DNA of 63,888 nt, the filler included, from Asterionella formosa (taxonomy: Eukaryota), in the NCBI GenBank assembly GCA_002256025.1. It is 9 parts of 9 records of this genome, joined end to end, with 100 filler letters (N's around TTAATTAATTAA, not from the genome) between each part and the next. Parts side by side here need not be neighbours in the genome. Positions count along the whole stretch, not along the records: positions 21,696 to 28,824 come from NKIB01012523.1; positions 28,925 to 36,042 come from NKIB01012524.1; 7 more parts are not named here. One strand, 5' to 3'. Below, piece after piece: positions 21,696-34,945 of the stretch. The notes below the pieces were generated by a model. It had not been told where the DNA came from. It was given only the letters and a program-made list of their open reading frames with translations, and searched no databases. The position numbers and the translations under genes were made by a program. Every line of letters begins with the position of its first letter. The first letter of the stretch is position 1.

Positions 21696-24600
21696 CATCA
21701 TCATCATCATCTACTACTACCACTACCACTAGTAGTGTGGTACACTTGACATGTCACACCTACATTGATACAGAAACAGGCGAGTATAAACATGTCAAGA
21801 AGGATTGGAGGGAGTATCATTTATTTCATGCCATTGTACCTACAGCATTTACCCGAGGATTTTGTACTGAACAAGATGAGACATTGATTAATGCCACATT
21901 TGCTGCTTTTTGTGGAGATCGATTGAACCTTTCAAAGAATTCCACAAATGAACCATATTGTGAACCAGCAGTAATAGTTAAACCAACCAGAGACAAGAAG
22001 AACAAAAAAACGAATGATACGAACAGTACTTCTTCTACTGCATTTGATCAAGTCATTTTGGAACCATCAGCATTTCTGTATGATGCTACCCATGGAAAAA
22101 AGAAACAAAGGTATTACAGTTCAGTCAAGATTCCCATTTCTACTCAACATTGTGCCCCTCGGGTAGTATCTCGCAAGAATAGTGCTACTACAACTACTAC
22201 TTCTGCTACTTCTTCTCAACATCATTGGAAATTACAAATTGGAGATATCATTTGTCTAAAAACCAATACAGATACTATACAGCCTCCTGCTTGTACTACA
22301 GAGTGTCGTCTTGCAAGAAAGAAACAAAGTACAAGTACCCCCCACAACAGCAATACTAGTACAGCTTCAGAGGTACATCAACAACCACAACAGCGACGTG
22401 GAAAACAGAAACACTTTCCATTCACTGTACCATGGTCCTATGCACAAGTATTGAATATTTATCAACAAGAAAAGTCAAAAGAAACATTAGTAGCCTTGGA
22501 AATTCGATGGTTCCTTCGATGGTCAGAAACATCTATACAGCTTGATTCCAACCCTTTCAAAATGGACAATGACAATAATAGGGAAGAAATTTTCGAATCC
22601 AATATAATTGCATGTGACATTCCAGTATCACAAGTCTTGGGACATGTTCAGGGATGGTTGGGTCATCATACAGAACATGGGTGTAGCCAATTTGAGGGTG
22701 GAGTCACTTCCAACGGAATGGTACCCACAGTACAAGCACGGTGTCGTTTTGTCCTAATCGGCAATAATTTGGATCGCATTCAACCCATCTTTTGTGGATA
22801 TTTGACACCTAAACAATGGCTTCGATTTATGAGAGAACGAGGGAAAGATGTTTCCAAATTATGTCAAAAGGACGAGAAATTGGCGTATGCCATTTCATTT
22901 ACAGTAGATCCAGAACCCAATTGGATGGACGACGATGACGACATGAAATCGGCGGCCACCAATAATTCGCTTTTAGTGTGCTCACGACAAGACAATAAAG
23001 AATATTTGTCTCAATATATGGTAACACCCCCTTGGATCAACTATTGCAATCCGGACCTGGTGTGTCATCCAAGATTTCGCAACAACAGCACGGTCCAATG
23101 GAATGTGGCGATTGGGGATGTTGTAGCATGTCATCTCATTCCCTCCCAAAAGCAACACTATGGTTCTGGTCGGCACATATGGTACCCCTACACGGTACCT
23201 TGGACCCCCTGCCAAGTCTTGGCAATTGTTCGTGACCGTAGTGTCGGCCACGACGATTGCCAGTTCGAAGTACGCTGGTTTTCCCGAGCAGATGAGTTGA
23301 CTCATGTCCCAAACCATCATATGGAAATGAGTCGTCGACTTCATTTGGACCTCGTTTATGAGCTCACAGACTCTCCGACAACAATGGTCCACGAGAGTTC
23401 GTTTTTGGGGCCAATCACATTCCTTTCGATCGAACAAAGTGGTGCTCAGTTGAGTCTCCCACCTTCCTTTATGCCACTCAATATACAATTGTATGGAGGA
23501 ACGTATAATTGCAGGAGTGAAATTCATTCCCCAGACACTGTCGCATGGTCGCCACTAGAATCTGTAAGACGCGGAATACGAGAAACTAAGACATATGGTC
23601 CAACGGAATCAAACAAATTAGAAATTCTCCAGCAACTGGAACCAAGCCTCACTGTTGAAGGAGAGGTAAGGCTACCAGGAAGACGTGGCTTCCCTTCTGA
23701 CGAAACTCCTCGAAAGAAGCCACGACGGGATTTACCGTTCAGCAACACTCCAACAAGCAAGGACTCTTCTACTCTGCTTACGCCTGAGGAGCTCACGTTG
23801 GATGAGCTTCGTGTATGGATTTCCGAAATGCCATTCCATGAGGATGTATCTGCCAAACGAAGTTTCTATACTGAGCTCAATGTCAAACCACCGTATAGCG
23901 ATTATAGCGTTTTAAACAGGAAGGCCAATGATGAGGTCGTACCTGATGCAAACATACATTGGACTGTCAAGTTGGGAGATCCCGTCATTGTACACTGGAC
24001 TACTAGTGCTGGGAAGACTTATTTCGATGAACGTGGTCCCCAAAATGCGTTCTTTCCATTCAAGGTCCCGTGGGCAGTGGGGGAAGTGACGAGTATTTGG
24101 ATGGAGCACCAAAACATAGATGAGCTACCTAGCAAAAACGGTGGCTCCATTTCTCCATTCGATAATCGTCGGGGAGAGATCATGATCGAAATCCGATGGT
24201 TCTATCGAGAGAACGAGCTCCCTGGAGCAATTAGAAATCGTTCTCTCCATCGTAGTGCATATTCAAAACAAAGAGAAGAAGTTTTGGAGACGGACCATGT
24301 GGATGAGACACCCGCTACGAGTCTCCTGGCGCCAGTCCTTCTGAATCCCTCGCCAGAAGAGGAGGAAGCGACGAAGAAGCATATTGGTATGCCTGTAGTG
24401 AGCTTTGAGTGCAGACGGATGTGGTCTATTTATAGAAAATCACTCATACCGATTGGATCAATGGAAGGGCGAGTGCTACGAGGACGCATGAACTCTCAGA
24501 TTTTTGGGAAGAATAAAATTCTTCAACGCGCACTTGATGAATTTCTTGCAGGACCCTCAACACCGAATAACGAGGACGTGGCGCTCCAAATTAACGAGCC

Positions 24601-26066
24601 CACCTGGAAATCATCGTTTGAAAAGGTCATCCAAAGGCTAGCTTTGATTGATGCATCTGAGGACGGTCACGAACGAGGGGCAGCTCTTGTCGGTCGAGAA
24701 CGCGAGCAGCAGACTATTTCCTCCTTTTTAAGGACTGCTATCGAGGGATTTGATATTGAATCTAACGCAGGCGGTGACGCTGCCTCATCGATGCTTATTG
24801 GGGGACCACCAGGAACTGGAAAGTAAGTGTACCGTCAACAGATCTGCTACTACATTGAAAGTTCTGCGAATTAACGTAATAACACTCATACAAATTCCTA
24901 CCTTTTTATACAGAACTTCAACTGTTTGTTCCATTATTTCTCAGCTCCAGAAAGAACAAGCTACCGGTCTATTGCCTACATTTGAATTTATTTCTCTGAA
25001 TGGTATGGAAATGCGTCATCCATTTGAGTCGTATGTTAAGTTCTGGGAGGCCATCTCTGGATGCAAAGAGAAGAAACCTCCTGAAATCGCACTCGCCATG
25101 TTGGATCAATACTTTCGTCTTGGTACGAAAGGTGACGATTCTGCCAGTTGCACAACCTCAAAACCCGTTGTTGTGCTCCTGCTGGATGAGATTGACTATT
25201 TGGTCACCAAGAAACAGACAGTCATTTACAATTTTTTTGATTGGCCAAGGCGAACCCTAGAGAATATTGGTAGTCCCCGTCTGGTGGTGATTGGAATCTC
25301 AAACACACTCAATTTGCCGTCGCGATTGAATCCGAGTGTTCAGTCTCGAATCGGGAATAGTCCCTGTGTCTTCAAAGCCTATACTGCTTCATGTTTGGTG
25401 AACATCTTGACGACAAAGATCCAACCCGATTCCACTGCATACCAAGTATTTGACAAGGACGCCATTATCTTTTGCGCCCGGAAGGTTGCCTCTGCATCGG
25501 GAGATCTGCGTAAAGCAGTCAAGACATGTCAGTCAGCCACTATAGCTGTCATGAAGCAATTTTTAGATAACAGTCGTGACGATCCTCAATTTGTCAGTAA
25601 GGACCAACAACCCATGGTCCGTATCAGGGATGTTCAAAAGGTCCTTCGAGAATCCTTTGGTTCCATTGCCACCCAGGCGGTTGCTGCGAGTACGCCATTT
25701 CAAGTCCTAATATTGGTGAGTCTGTGTGCCTTGCGCAAAACCAGTGGGAAGACTGAGGGTGGTTTTGATCTCAAGGACGTCATGACCAAGATGGACGCAG
25801 TGGCATTTGCCTCTGGGAATGATCAATATCTTCCCCCACCGTCGGTTTCTGAGACCTTAGACCTGTTGACCACTTTGGCAGAATCGTCATTGGTTTCCCT
25901 CGAAACATCAAAGAGCACGGCAACTTCATTTCGAGGAGGTAGAGGGGGAAGTGGAGGAGCGTTCCCCCTTGTATCTATTGGGTTTGACCACTTCATGATA
26001 GTTCAAGCTTTGAAGGATACATTGCACAAGGAATTGGTCGAAAAACATTTGGGTAACTATTATTAG
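21696..26066 (+). CDS. ORC1: Origin recognition complex subunit 1 (ORC1/CDC6 family AAA+) with multiple BAH-like repeats; 5' partial; intron 24823-24913
   Basis: LVGRERE, Walker A GPPGTGK|T spliced across a 91-nt intron, ISLNGM, Walker B LLLDEIDYL, KKQTVIYNFFDWP, IGISNT and SGDLRKA. The N-terminal region has three BAH-like units (IGD...EIRWF...EE). Confidence 0.88.
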
Positions 26067-26385
26067 GGATATACTTGATATATTACATACGATTGCTGAT
26101 ACCGACAGTAGTTCAAATGGAGCTGTTTCGTCAAGCTTGTAGAGAACCGGTAACTCAGCATGGAAAAAGCGGTCTTCAAAACACATGAAGGTACAACGCT
26201 TCCAGCACTCGGACAACCCTTTTTTAGTACACATGTACAATTATGCTGTGTTGAGCTAAGCTATCAAAGGTTGAAATAAATGAGTTCGTAAAAGATATGA
26301 TTCTAAATATTTGATTGAAGGTTATCTAGATTGATTCGTTTATGTATTTGGATTGTGTCAAATCGCCGTGCAATGATGGTGTTAC

Positions 26386-27606
26386 TTATTTCGCTTCAAG
26401 TCTGACGGCAGCCATAAGATTCGACATACTCGGCGCTCGTCCCAATCCATTGGCTTGCATTTCAGGACAATAAGTTATTCTGTCATTGTTGGAGTATTCC
26501 TTGGCGTACCATTGTGCAGTTCGTCGAATGCCCTCTTCAAATGTAACTTTGGATGTATATCCCAACATGCGAGCTGCCTTACTCACATCGGCACATGTGT
26601 ATGGAACATCGCCTGGTTGGTCTGGCATGACTTTAATATTAGCCTTTCGTCCAACATGTACTTGCACCAAATCAATAAAGTCCTTGAGGGATGTTCCGGA
26701 TCCCTTGCCCAAATTGAAGATTTCGTACTTGTGTTGACGATCAATAGATCGAACAATGCCATCAACAATGTCGTCAATGTACGTGTAATCTCTGGATGAT
26801 GAGCCATCACCAAATTGTTGAATCTCCACACCACGACTGATGCGATCAATAAACTTGAATGGGGCCATGTCTGGTCGACCTCTCGGTCCGTAGACAGTAA
26901 AGAAGCGAAGGCCGGTAACGTTGAGCTGATACAAATGATGGTATGTGTATGCCAGCAGTTCACATGCCTTTTTGGAGGCCGCGTAGGGTGATACTGGTCG
27001 GTCGACCACTTCTGATTCTGAAAAGAAGGTCGACTTGGATCCTCCGTAGACAGAGGATGAGGAGGCAAAGACAAAGTTTTGAATGCCATACTTGTGAGAC
27101 AATTCCATTAGTTGTGTAGTGCCCTTAATGTTGGAATGAATGTACACGAACGGGTCGTCAATGGAGGGTCTGACTCCAGCTCTGGCAGCCATGTGGCATA
27201 CCCACTGAGGTCGAGTGGATTCAAAGACGTGTTCCATAAAGTCAGCGTCACAAATGTCGCCGCGAAAGATGGCAACGCGGGCCTTGCCGTATTTTGTGAG
27301 GAGCAGATTCAGGTTGGACTCCTTGATTCTTACGTCGTAGTAATCATTGATCTCGTCGACAATCACGACATCGTCTCCTCGGTCCAACAGATGCTCAGCA
27401 ACATGAGACCCGATAAAGCCTGCACCTCCGGTTACGAGAACCTTTTTGTATCCGACGTGAGGAGCTACGAGTGATGCTTCGTCCTCCCACGATGAGGCCG
27501 TGGAAAGCGAGCAGTCGTCGGAGGAGCAGTTCGACAAAGAGACTGTCGTTGCGGGAGAGTCGAGTTCGACCATGCGCATGGGCTTAGAAGTAGCGGGTGA
27601 GTCCAT
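26386..27606 (-). CDS. NAD-dependent epimerase, UDP-glucuronate 4-epimerase-like
   Basis: VTGGAGFIG, HMAARAGVRPS, ASSSSVYG, YAASKKACE, LRFFTVYGPRGRPDMA, RDYTYIDD and QPGDV motifs. Confidence 0.92.
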   Translation of the reverse strand: MDSPATSKPMRMVELDSPATTVSLSNCSSDDCSLSTASSWEDEASLVAPHVGYKKVLVTGGAGFIGSHVAEHLLDRGDDVVIVDEINDYYDVRIKESNLNLLLTKYGKARVAIFRGDICDADFMEHVFESTRPQWVCHMAARAGVRPSIDDPFVYIHSNIKGTTQLMELSHKYGIQNFVFASSSSVYGGSKSTFFSESEVVDRPVSPYAASKKACELLAYTYHHLYQLNVTGLRFFTVYGPRGRPDMAPFKFIDRISRGVEIQQFGDGSSSRDYTYIDDIVDGIVRSIDRQHKYEIFNLGKGSGTSLKDFIDLVQVHVGRKANIKVMPDQPGDVPYTCADVSKAARMLGYTSKVTFEEGIRRTAQWYAKEYSNNDRITYCPEMQANGLGRAPSMSNLMAAVRLEAK

Positions 27607-28824
27607 TGTGGCTGTGATGGCGGAGATAAGGAAGTGGGTTCTTCACTTTTCCTTTTGCAAGATTGTGAGAGATGGAACGGAATAATGGAAAATGAAGTCG
27701 GAAGAACAAAATGATGACTACGAACGCAAAATTCGGAGAAAAAAATGAAGAGGTCTATTTTACTTTCCACCTCACCAAGGAAATGACTCATCAGTACGCA
27801 TTGTACAGAAAGTTTGCGACTACAAATATACATACCAGTATGTATGTGTTGGTAATGGATTAAACTAAAATATTTGCACATAGGTATGTACCAGGTGGCC
27901 ACGTATGTACATACCTGTAATGAAGGCAGCATATTTGCTACGCTCCAGTGCTCAGCCAGATCTGGGGAATAATCTACACACATGTCAACTTACCGGTACC
28001 AGGTACGTGGTACCTGGTATCGGGTACGAGGTACCAGGTACTCATTTAAGTGCGCACGACGGAAGCAAATAGTAAATACATCAGTCGTAGCCACGAGAAT
28101 GTGTAAAAACGTATGTATGTAGAAGTGGGGGATGGAGAAAGGTGATATCCCTGCACTCTGATTGGTAGAGAACCCAGTTGACCATGATTGCGTCATTGAA
28201 AGATTTGAAATCAGATTCTCAAACCACCACGGCAGCGGATGATTCTAGGGATGGCTCGCTCGGATCGGCAAGAGTTCCACTGGTTGATTCTGCTGAGGTG
28301 CTTGAAAATGGTTGGCAGCGCCGGCGGTCTTGTGTGGTGCAAAAGAAGAGATTCGGAACAATCATACGTTATGGACGCACTTACTACCGGTAGTTTCCTC
28401 GTACCTGGTACCTGGTACCGGTAGTCGGAGTAGAATACTGTAGCAGCTCCTGATCTACCAGGGAAGGTGGCAGGAGTGGTACCAGGTACCTGGTGGTACC
28501 GGGAAACTACTCACTTACTCCCGGTACTCCGGCAACGGAGTAACTGGTAACCAGGTACCACCTGGTACAGGCACCGACCGCCCTTTCGTGTGAGGCAGGA
28601 GGCAGCGAGCAGAACGAGAAAATCCTTTCACAGTCTTCAATCATATGATTGGCTAATATTAATCGAATCTAATATGACTATCGTACGTACAAGTAAATAT
28701 TTCATAATACCGGTCTGTAGATCTACCACCGATAATAACTTGCTGAGGTGATAAAAAGGCAGGCAGAACCACAAGTCCACCTCATCAATTTTGCCGTTCC
28801 ACCGTCACTATCACAGAAAGTGGT

Positions 28825-28924
28825 NNNNNNNNNNNNNNNNNNNNNNNNNNNNNNNNNNNNNNNNNNNNTTAATTAATTAANNNNNNNNNNNNNNNNNNNN
28901 NNNNNNNNNNNNNNNNNNNNNNNN
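28825..28924. other. Artificial contig linker
   Basis: N44-TTAATTAATTAA-N44. Confidence 0.98.
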
Positions 28925-29605
28925 TTTCTGTGTAGTCTCCCATGGGACAAGTTCTTGTACATCGTGCACAGAACGAGAAATTGCGCCATATGGTAGTTTT
29001 CCATTATTTTTCGCTTTCAACACTTCCATATTTGTAGAAATGTTCAATAGGCAATGTTCAATCATCCTCGCTTTGTTTGCGCTGCTAATAGACTGAGCCG
29101 CCTTGCCCGAAGGCACAGTCGATTTCTTTTTTGCCATAAATTGGATGCATATTATAAGCTGAAAATTGTATACTGGTATGTACTCATTTCCTTTCAAGTG
29201 TATGGGTGATAGGGCGCCAGTTTATGATGCTCAAGTTACTTAGGCACTATCAAGTGACAGGGATAAGGATATGACAGGAATCATACAACAAATAAATCGA
29301 AGGCGATATTTTTGTATTAAGCTGCGTATATCATATAACAATGAATCCTCAAAACATGGGGTAATCCGTGTTCTGGCAATATTTTCGTCGATCGCACTTT
29401 TCAACCAATATTTTAGGAGAAACCAATTGCTATAAACTAATATCTAATGACATAGCCTTAAAGCGTACATGCTCAAGATTAGGGTCGAAGTTTTAAAATT
29501 AACAAATCTGCATTTGGGAGGGTCAAACCGTGTTTTTCTCCTGTTCAGTGGGTCACAGCAGTTCCAATTTTTTTTTAGTGGGTCACAGCAGTTTTTTACT
29601 GGTAC
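28925..29605 (-). mobile_element. Possible left end of a DNA transposon (N-terminal ORF fragment plus subterminal direct repeats)
   Basis: ORF MAKKKSTV...NGKLPYGAISRSV...VPW runs off the contig; 17-bp direct repeat AGTGGGTCACAGCAGTT at 29547 and 29577. No transposase core is visible. Confidence 0.25.
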
Positions 29606-31798
29606 CATGGTACCGGTACCAGGTACCAGGTAGTTCAATGACAAGACAGCAGCATCGCTCAAATTGCGGGAAAAACTAACTAATTCCCAAATGGGAATCA
29701 TAATATTTCATTTATATAACTAGTCAAATAGAAATATTTTACTTTTTTTATCATGGTTTTGTCATCCTACGTCACAGTAGATGGGTGGTTGACAGCATTT
29801 AGGATTTCCCAAAAACCGATACCGGTAATGCGTTTGCATTCGGTTTTTCACTCCCGATAGCATCTTTTTTTAGGGTTACCGAAACCAAAACACTGTTTGG
29901 TTTGCGTTTTGGTCCACCGTTATTTAGCAATGGACTCATGACAAATACACATAAAATATGTGGCATCTAGACAGGAGACAGAATGATCTTACCGGTTCCT
30001 GGTACTGTACCGTTGATACTCTACGGGTATATACGGAACAGTCAAAAATTCTTCTTTACAGCATCATTGTAACGGTTACCGGTTTGTACCAGGTACCTGG
30101 TACCTGGTACCATGATAGATAGGAGTGGATAACGTCGGACATATTAGACCATGATAGCTATCTGCCGGGAGACTTTGGGCCCCCTTACCGGACCGACATG
30201 TAGACCATATGTATATACCAACCTAGGTTTCCTGGTATCATCACTGTAACTGGTGTGTATACCGGTATGTTTTTACAACGTAGGAGCACAACTCTATAAT
30301 GTCGAAATTCAGTCACGGCAGTGTACATTGGGGGGTCCAGGACAATGAAGTATACGCTATTTCAAAGTTACAGATGTATCTAAATCGCCGTCAGACCCAG
30401 CCAACGTTTAGCTTTCGCCGTTCAAAAACTCGACAAAATCGGCCTTTTCTACGGTCGCAAAAACATCGGAATCAGAATTATTATGTGCCGAAACGTCATC
30501 ATCGGAATGGTAGTCGTGTGCCGAAATTTTTATTCCTAAAATCACCTATCCAAAAAATTCCATTGTAAGTGCCCGCTTCCACATATATAATATGATTGGT
30601 AAACGTGAATTCCATTCCTCTGTTTGATTGGCCTGGTTTGCGAGGTCTTGCAAACCCACGCCAGCCACATTGGATAAACATGTAACATTTTCTTGGGTGT
30701 TCTGACAGTCCGGTACTACCGGTATATTCACGACGGGTACCAGTTGATGATCATCATTGGACATACGCGTACCGCTCCTTGAGCGGGTCGTATACATGAT
30801 ACATAGTCGTCGATCGGAGTATAGATTGTAATACTTGTGTATGCACATGAAGCGATGTAGAATCTATATATAAAAATATGTAAAACGATTTGAATATGTG
30901 GAACGGATTCAATGTACCGGTATAGCATTTAAAATCGTCTATCGGACTATAGAGTGTCCATGCATAAATGTTGATCGTATTTTTAGCTAATATATATGCA
31001 TACAGCGACCAACAGTGTCAATAAATATATTTAGCGATTTCGACAAGCAATCTATGTACGTATTCACAAATTTCCAGTGATTTAAATATTTCAAATGGAA
31101 TCACGTCTGTTAAAAATAGCTATTTAAATTCTTAATTCCAGGGAATTTTTTCAACCCTAATTAATATTTTAATTTTTGCCTAGGGTTTCAAATGCCGCAA
31201 CCTTCATTGATAAATACTGGTAGATGATATGTGTGACGAACAATATTGTTCCATATCATATACCCGGTGCACAAAAAGCCCTTCATCTCTCTCTACATAT
31301 TACTTAGATTGTGTATAAAACGCAGGGCATATATGTACAAACAAATTATGATGGGCAAAGGTTCCGGCATCATGGTGATGACTGAAAAAAAAGCAATTTA
31401 GAGCTTTCATGTTGGTATAGAAATTATTCTAGGTACCAGGTACCAGGTACCTGGTACCGGTACCGGTAGATCAGAGCGCGCCCAATATTTTACATATCCC
31501 TTCTGTTATATATAAGCCCTTTTCTTTCATCACTCCCCAGTCGAATCGTATACATACCGGTAGTCCAATCGTTTGCATGCATCATATGTAGTTATATGTA
31601 CTACTGGTACCGATTTATGAGGGTGGACAAAATTTCCGGCATGTTCCATCTGTCATGCATGAGGAATGAGTTGCATCTTTTACGTAAAATTCTACGATAA
31701 ATGGTAGAGAAAAAACACTTTTCACTCGAACAAGAAAAAAGTCGAACGTCCACATAAGACGGTAGACAACTTTAATTACATTCAAGACAACATTCACA

Positions 31799-33224
31799 AT
31801 GTCTTCATGGGAAGAAGATGTCAAACGGTTGAAAGCGAATGATCCACGTTTGACTACACTTGAACTCTCTAATAATTCAATTGGTGATGACGGAGCCAAG
31901 GCCATTGCAGAGGCTCTCAAGGACAATACTTTCTTGACTTCACTTAATCTCGGAGATAATTCAATTGGTGATGACGGAGCCAAGGCCATTGCAGTTGCTC
32001 TCAAGGACAATACTGTCTTGAATAAACTTATTCTCTGTCGTAATTCAATGGGTGCTTATTTACTAAATGATATTCAAAAACTTGTTGATGCAAACAAGAA
32101 CCGCAAAACAACAACAGCCAACACAACTGATCTCATTTCCAAAGGTCGGTTCAAGATGAAGGAAGCTATGGACAATGTGAATTCAAGACCAATTGAGCTT
32201 CCTGTGGAATTCATTAACAGTTGTACAAACAACTTTGATGAAGACGGAAAACTTGGTGAAGGAGCTTTTGCTGTTGTCTACAAAGGCAAGGATGGCAATC
32301 AGTATTTTGCTGTTAAACGCATTCGTTTCAATATTGCTGTTGAGAAAAACAAGGTGAAGGAAGTTACCAAGGGTTTTAAAAGAGAATTGCAGGTGAGCTA
32401 ATTTGTGGTATCAAATATTGCATTTCGTTTCACGTCTTTATGTTTCTCATTCTACTGTCATACTGTTTCAGGCATTGAAGAGGTTCCGACACCCCAATAT
32501 TGTAACTTTGTATGGCTATCATTTGTCCTCTGGTTCGCCTAATCAATACCTTGTGTTTGAGTATGCATCCGAGGGTTCTCTTGATAAATTTTATGAGACT
32601 GAACAAAGCAGAGCAACTCTCTCAAGTGAGATCCGACTTCGAATCATGTTCGACATTATTTGTGCCATCCACTACCTTCATGCTGGTACAGAGAACAACC
32701 TAGGTCTGTTTCATCGGAACATCAAGTCAGCTAATATCTGCCTTGATCAGTACTATACTGCCAAGCTGATTGACTGTGGTCTAGCCAAATTTGTTCTTGT
32801 GGATGACTTTGATGAAACCAGTGCAAATTCTTTTTCAGTTCAGATTACATCAAATGGTGGAGTCTTTGGGTCACGTGGCTACATGTGTCCATGGTATTCT
32901 AGGGGAGGTAAAAAATTTGAAGCATCATGTGATGTTTACTCATTTGGCATTGTCATGATTGAGCTTGTGACAGGCTGCCTTCAAAATGATAAGACAAGGT
33001 TGGGAGATTTCTATGAACGATACTTCCCAGATGAATTTGAAGGAAACATTGATGAGGCAGTGGAGTTGGCAATTCTAAAACTGGTAGAAGATGTTGATCC
33101 TCTAGCAAAGGAATGGGACAATGGAATTCTGGCCTCTGTGTGCCCATTAGCCATTCGTTGCATTCAGATTGATCGCTTAAAGAGGCCAACAACTAGTGAC
33201 TTGGTTGAAGATTTGAAAAGTTAG
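31799..33224 (+). CDS. RNI/NLR-type LRR fused to an IRAK/Pelle-like kinase domain, probable pseudokinase; intron 32393-32471
   Basis: 28-aa LRRs (LxLxxNSIGDDGAKAIAxALKDN), TNNFDE..KLGEGAFAVVYKG, AVKR, HPNIVTLYGY, HRNIKSANI, LIDCGLAK, GSRGYMCPWY and DVYSFG. No signal peptide or TM segment. Confidence 0.85.
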
Positions 33225-33849
33225 ATCGACTTGTAAGGCCAACAGATCATAATGGGGGATGTGAATTGTCATAAATGATAACTGCCTTTGACAATCATAA
33301 CCTGAATGGTAGCACTTAACAATGTGTCTTGTGTGCCTAGATTCTACTTTTTGGGAATTGCAATCCAAAGCTGATATAGGCAATGCAACAATTATCAAAA
33401 ATAACTAGAGGTTATTATTATATTCATACCACGCGTCAGACTTACATTTTGTGTGGCAAGTCTGGACGTGTTAAAATAACCAACCCTCACCTCTCTTTTA
33501 TATCATGTACAGTTACGACACATTATTATCGGTATGTTATGTACATATGTGGAGTATATAGCTCTAGGTACCCTGGTACCAGGTACAAGGGTAACAAACA
33601 GGTACCTGGTACCTGGTACCAGGTACCGGTATATTTTGTTGTTGGACAGAAAATTATACCCGTAGTGACAGCTAGTGCACTAGCAATCAAGTAGCACCGT
33701 TTACACAGGCAGTGATCATGAATGTTTGTAATTTTGCTGTTATCATCATCTTTTTACAACCAAAACCAAACTCTCGTTCTCCTTTGCCTGTCTCATCCCT
33801 TCTTCATTTGAATTGAATTTGTTACCACATAATCTATACAACCACCTCC

Positions 33850-34945
33850 CAAATTACCAACATCATTTATTCCAATTTAAGCAAGTCATACACAAGTGGA
33901 AAATTTGAAGCTCAAGCAAAACAGGTTGCAGCAGACAAAAAGGCTGGTTGTCCAGAATACACCATTCTTGCCTGTAGAAGAAAAATGGCAGAATTCCTTG
34001 ATTTTTCTTGTTATGCCTTTCTGTCCAAGGTGGATGGCATCCCATCTACAACAGTGACAGAAGAAAAGTTCTTTGGCTTTTTATGGTATCAATCAAAACA
34101 TCATTAGCAAACCAGAGGATGACCAGATCAATGTAAACCTGTGGAAGAACAATTTTCAAAGGAAGATTATGAATTTCCAACACTAATTAGATTTCAGACA
34201 AGCCAATTGGATATAGTGTACTCAATCAATATCAATCAGCCATCCTAGATTTGCATGCACAGCAATGGGATGGAGGATGCAAAAACATACCCAAGGAAGT
34301 ACTAATTGGTGCTCTTGAATTTTATTTAATGGAAAGATTTATGCAGAGTGGAGAAGCAGATTCATTTGATTTTACTTCAAACAAAGCCTGGTTCAATATT
34401 AAGCTGTTGACAGATTCTTGGGGCTTCAAAAACACTATTTCAGTAACTGATCAGGATATGCGAGTAACACAAAGAATGCTTGCAGACACCTTGGCATTAT
34501 TTCAAAACATTTCATGCATTTTGGTCAATTGGCTGGTTCAGTCAAAGAAGAATTGGATGAACTTGATGGCTATAACATCAATGACCTTAGGAATTGGAAT
34601 GTGGATACTCTACATGATGTTTATTCAGCTAAACTGCCAAATAAAGCCATGCGTGTTATGGCTGGCCATCCAGATGAAAAACGAAGTGTTTTTTTGCCAC
34701 AAGATCACATCAAACCTTCAATGACCCTGCAACAAACAATCTTTCCATTTATTGAAAAAGAAATTGAATCTATTGATGCAGATACCCATTCTACCGCCGA
34801 TGCTTTTCTTTATTTGCTCTCTTGCCTTTGTGTCGTCATTCTGCAAGATGCAGCAACAATGATATTGAATGGTCGGGGTCATTTTTTGTTCACTTCGGAT
34901 GTGTTTAATTGTGAAAAGTTCAAAGAATTTTTGAAGAATTTGCCC
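33850..34945 (+). mobile_element. Degenerate Crypton-like (NDC10_II / tyrosine recombinase-derived) DNA transposon remnant
   Basis: Frameshifted pieces TVTEEKFFGFLWYQ, IGALEFYLMERF...FDFTSNKAWFNIKLL, HFG...NWN...YSAKLPNKAMRVMAG...FLP...LQQTIFPF...VVILQDAA resemble the NDC10_II domain of Crypton elements. Confidence 0.7.

Noticed and set aside
27990..28570. Short ORFs containing VPGTWY / YQVPG peptides, here and elsewhere, as a protein family
   Set aside because: The shared peptides are simply translations of the non-coding GGTACCW heptamer arrays.
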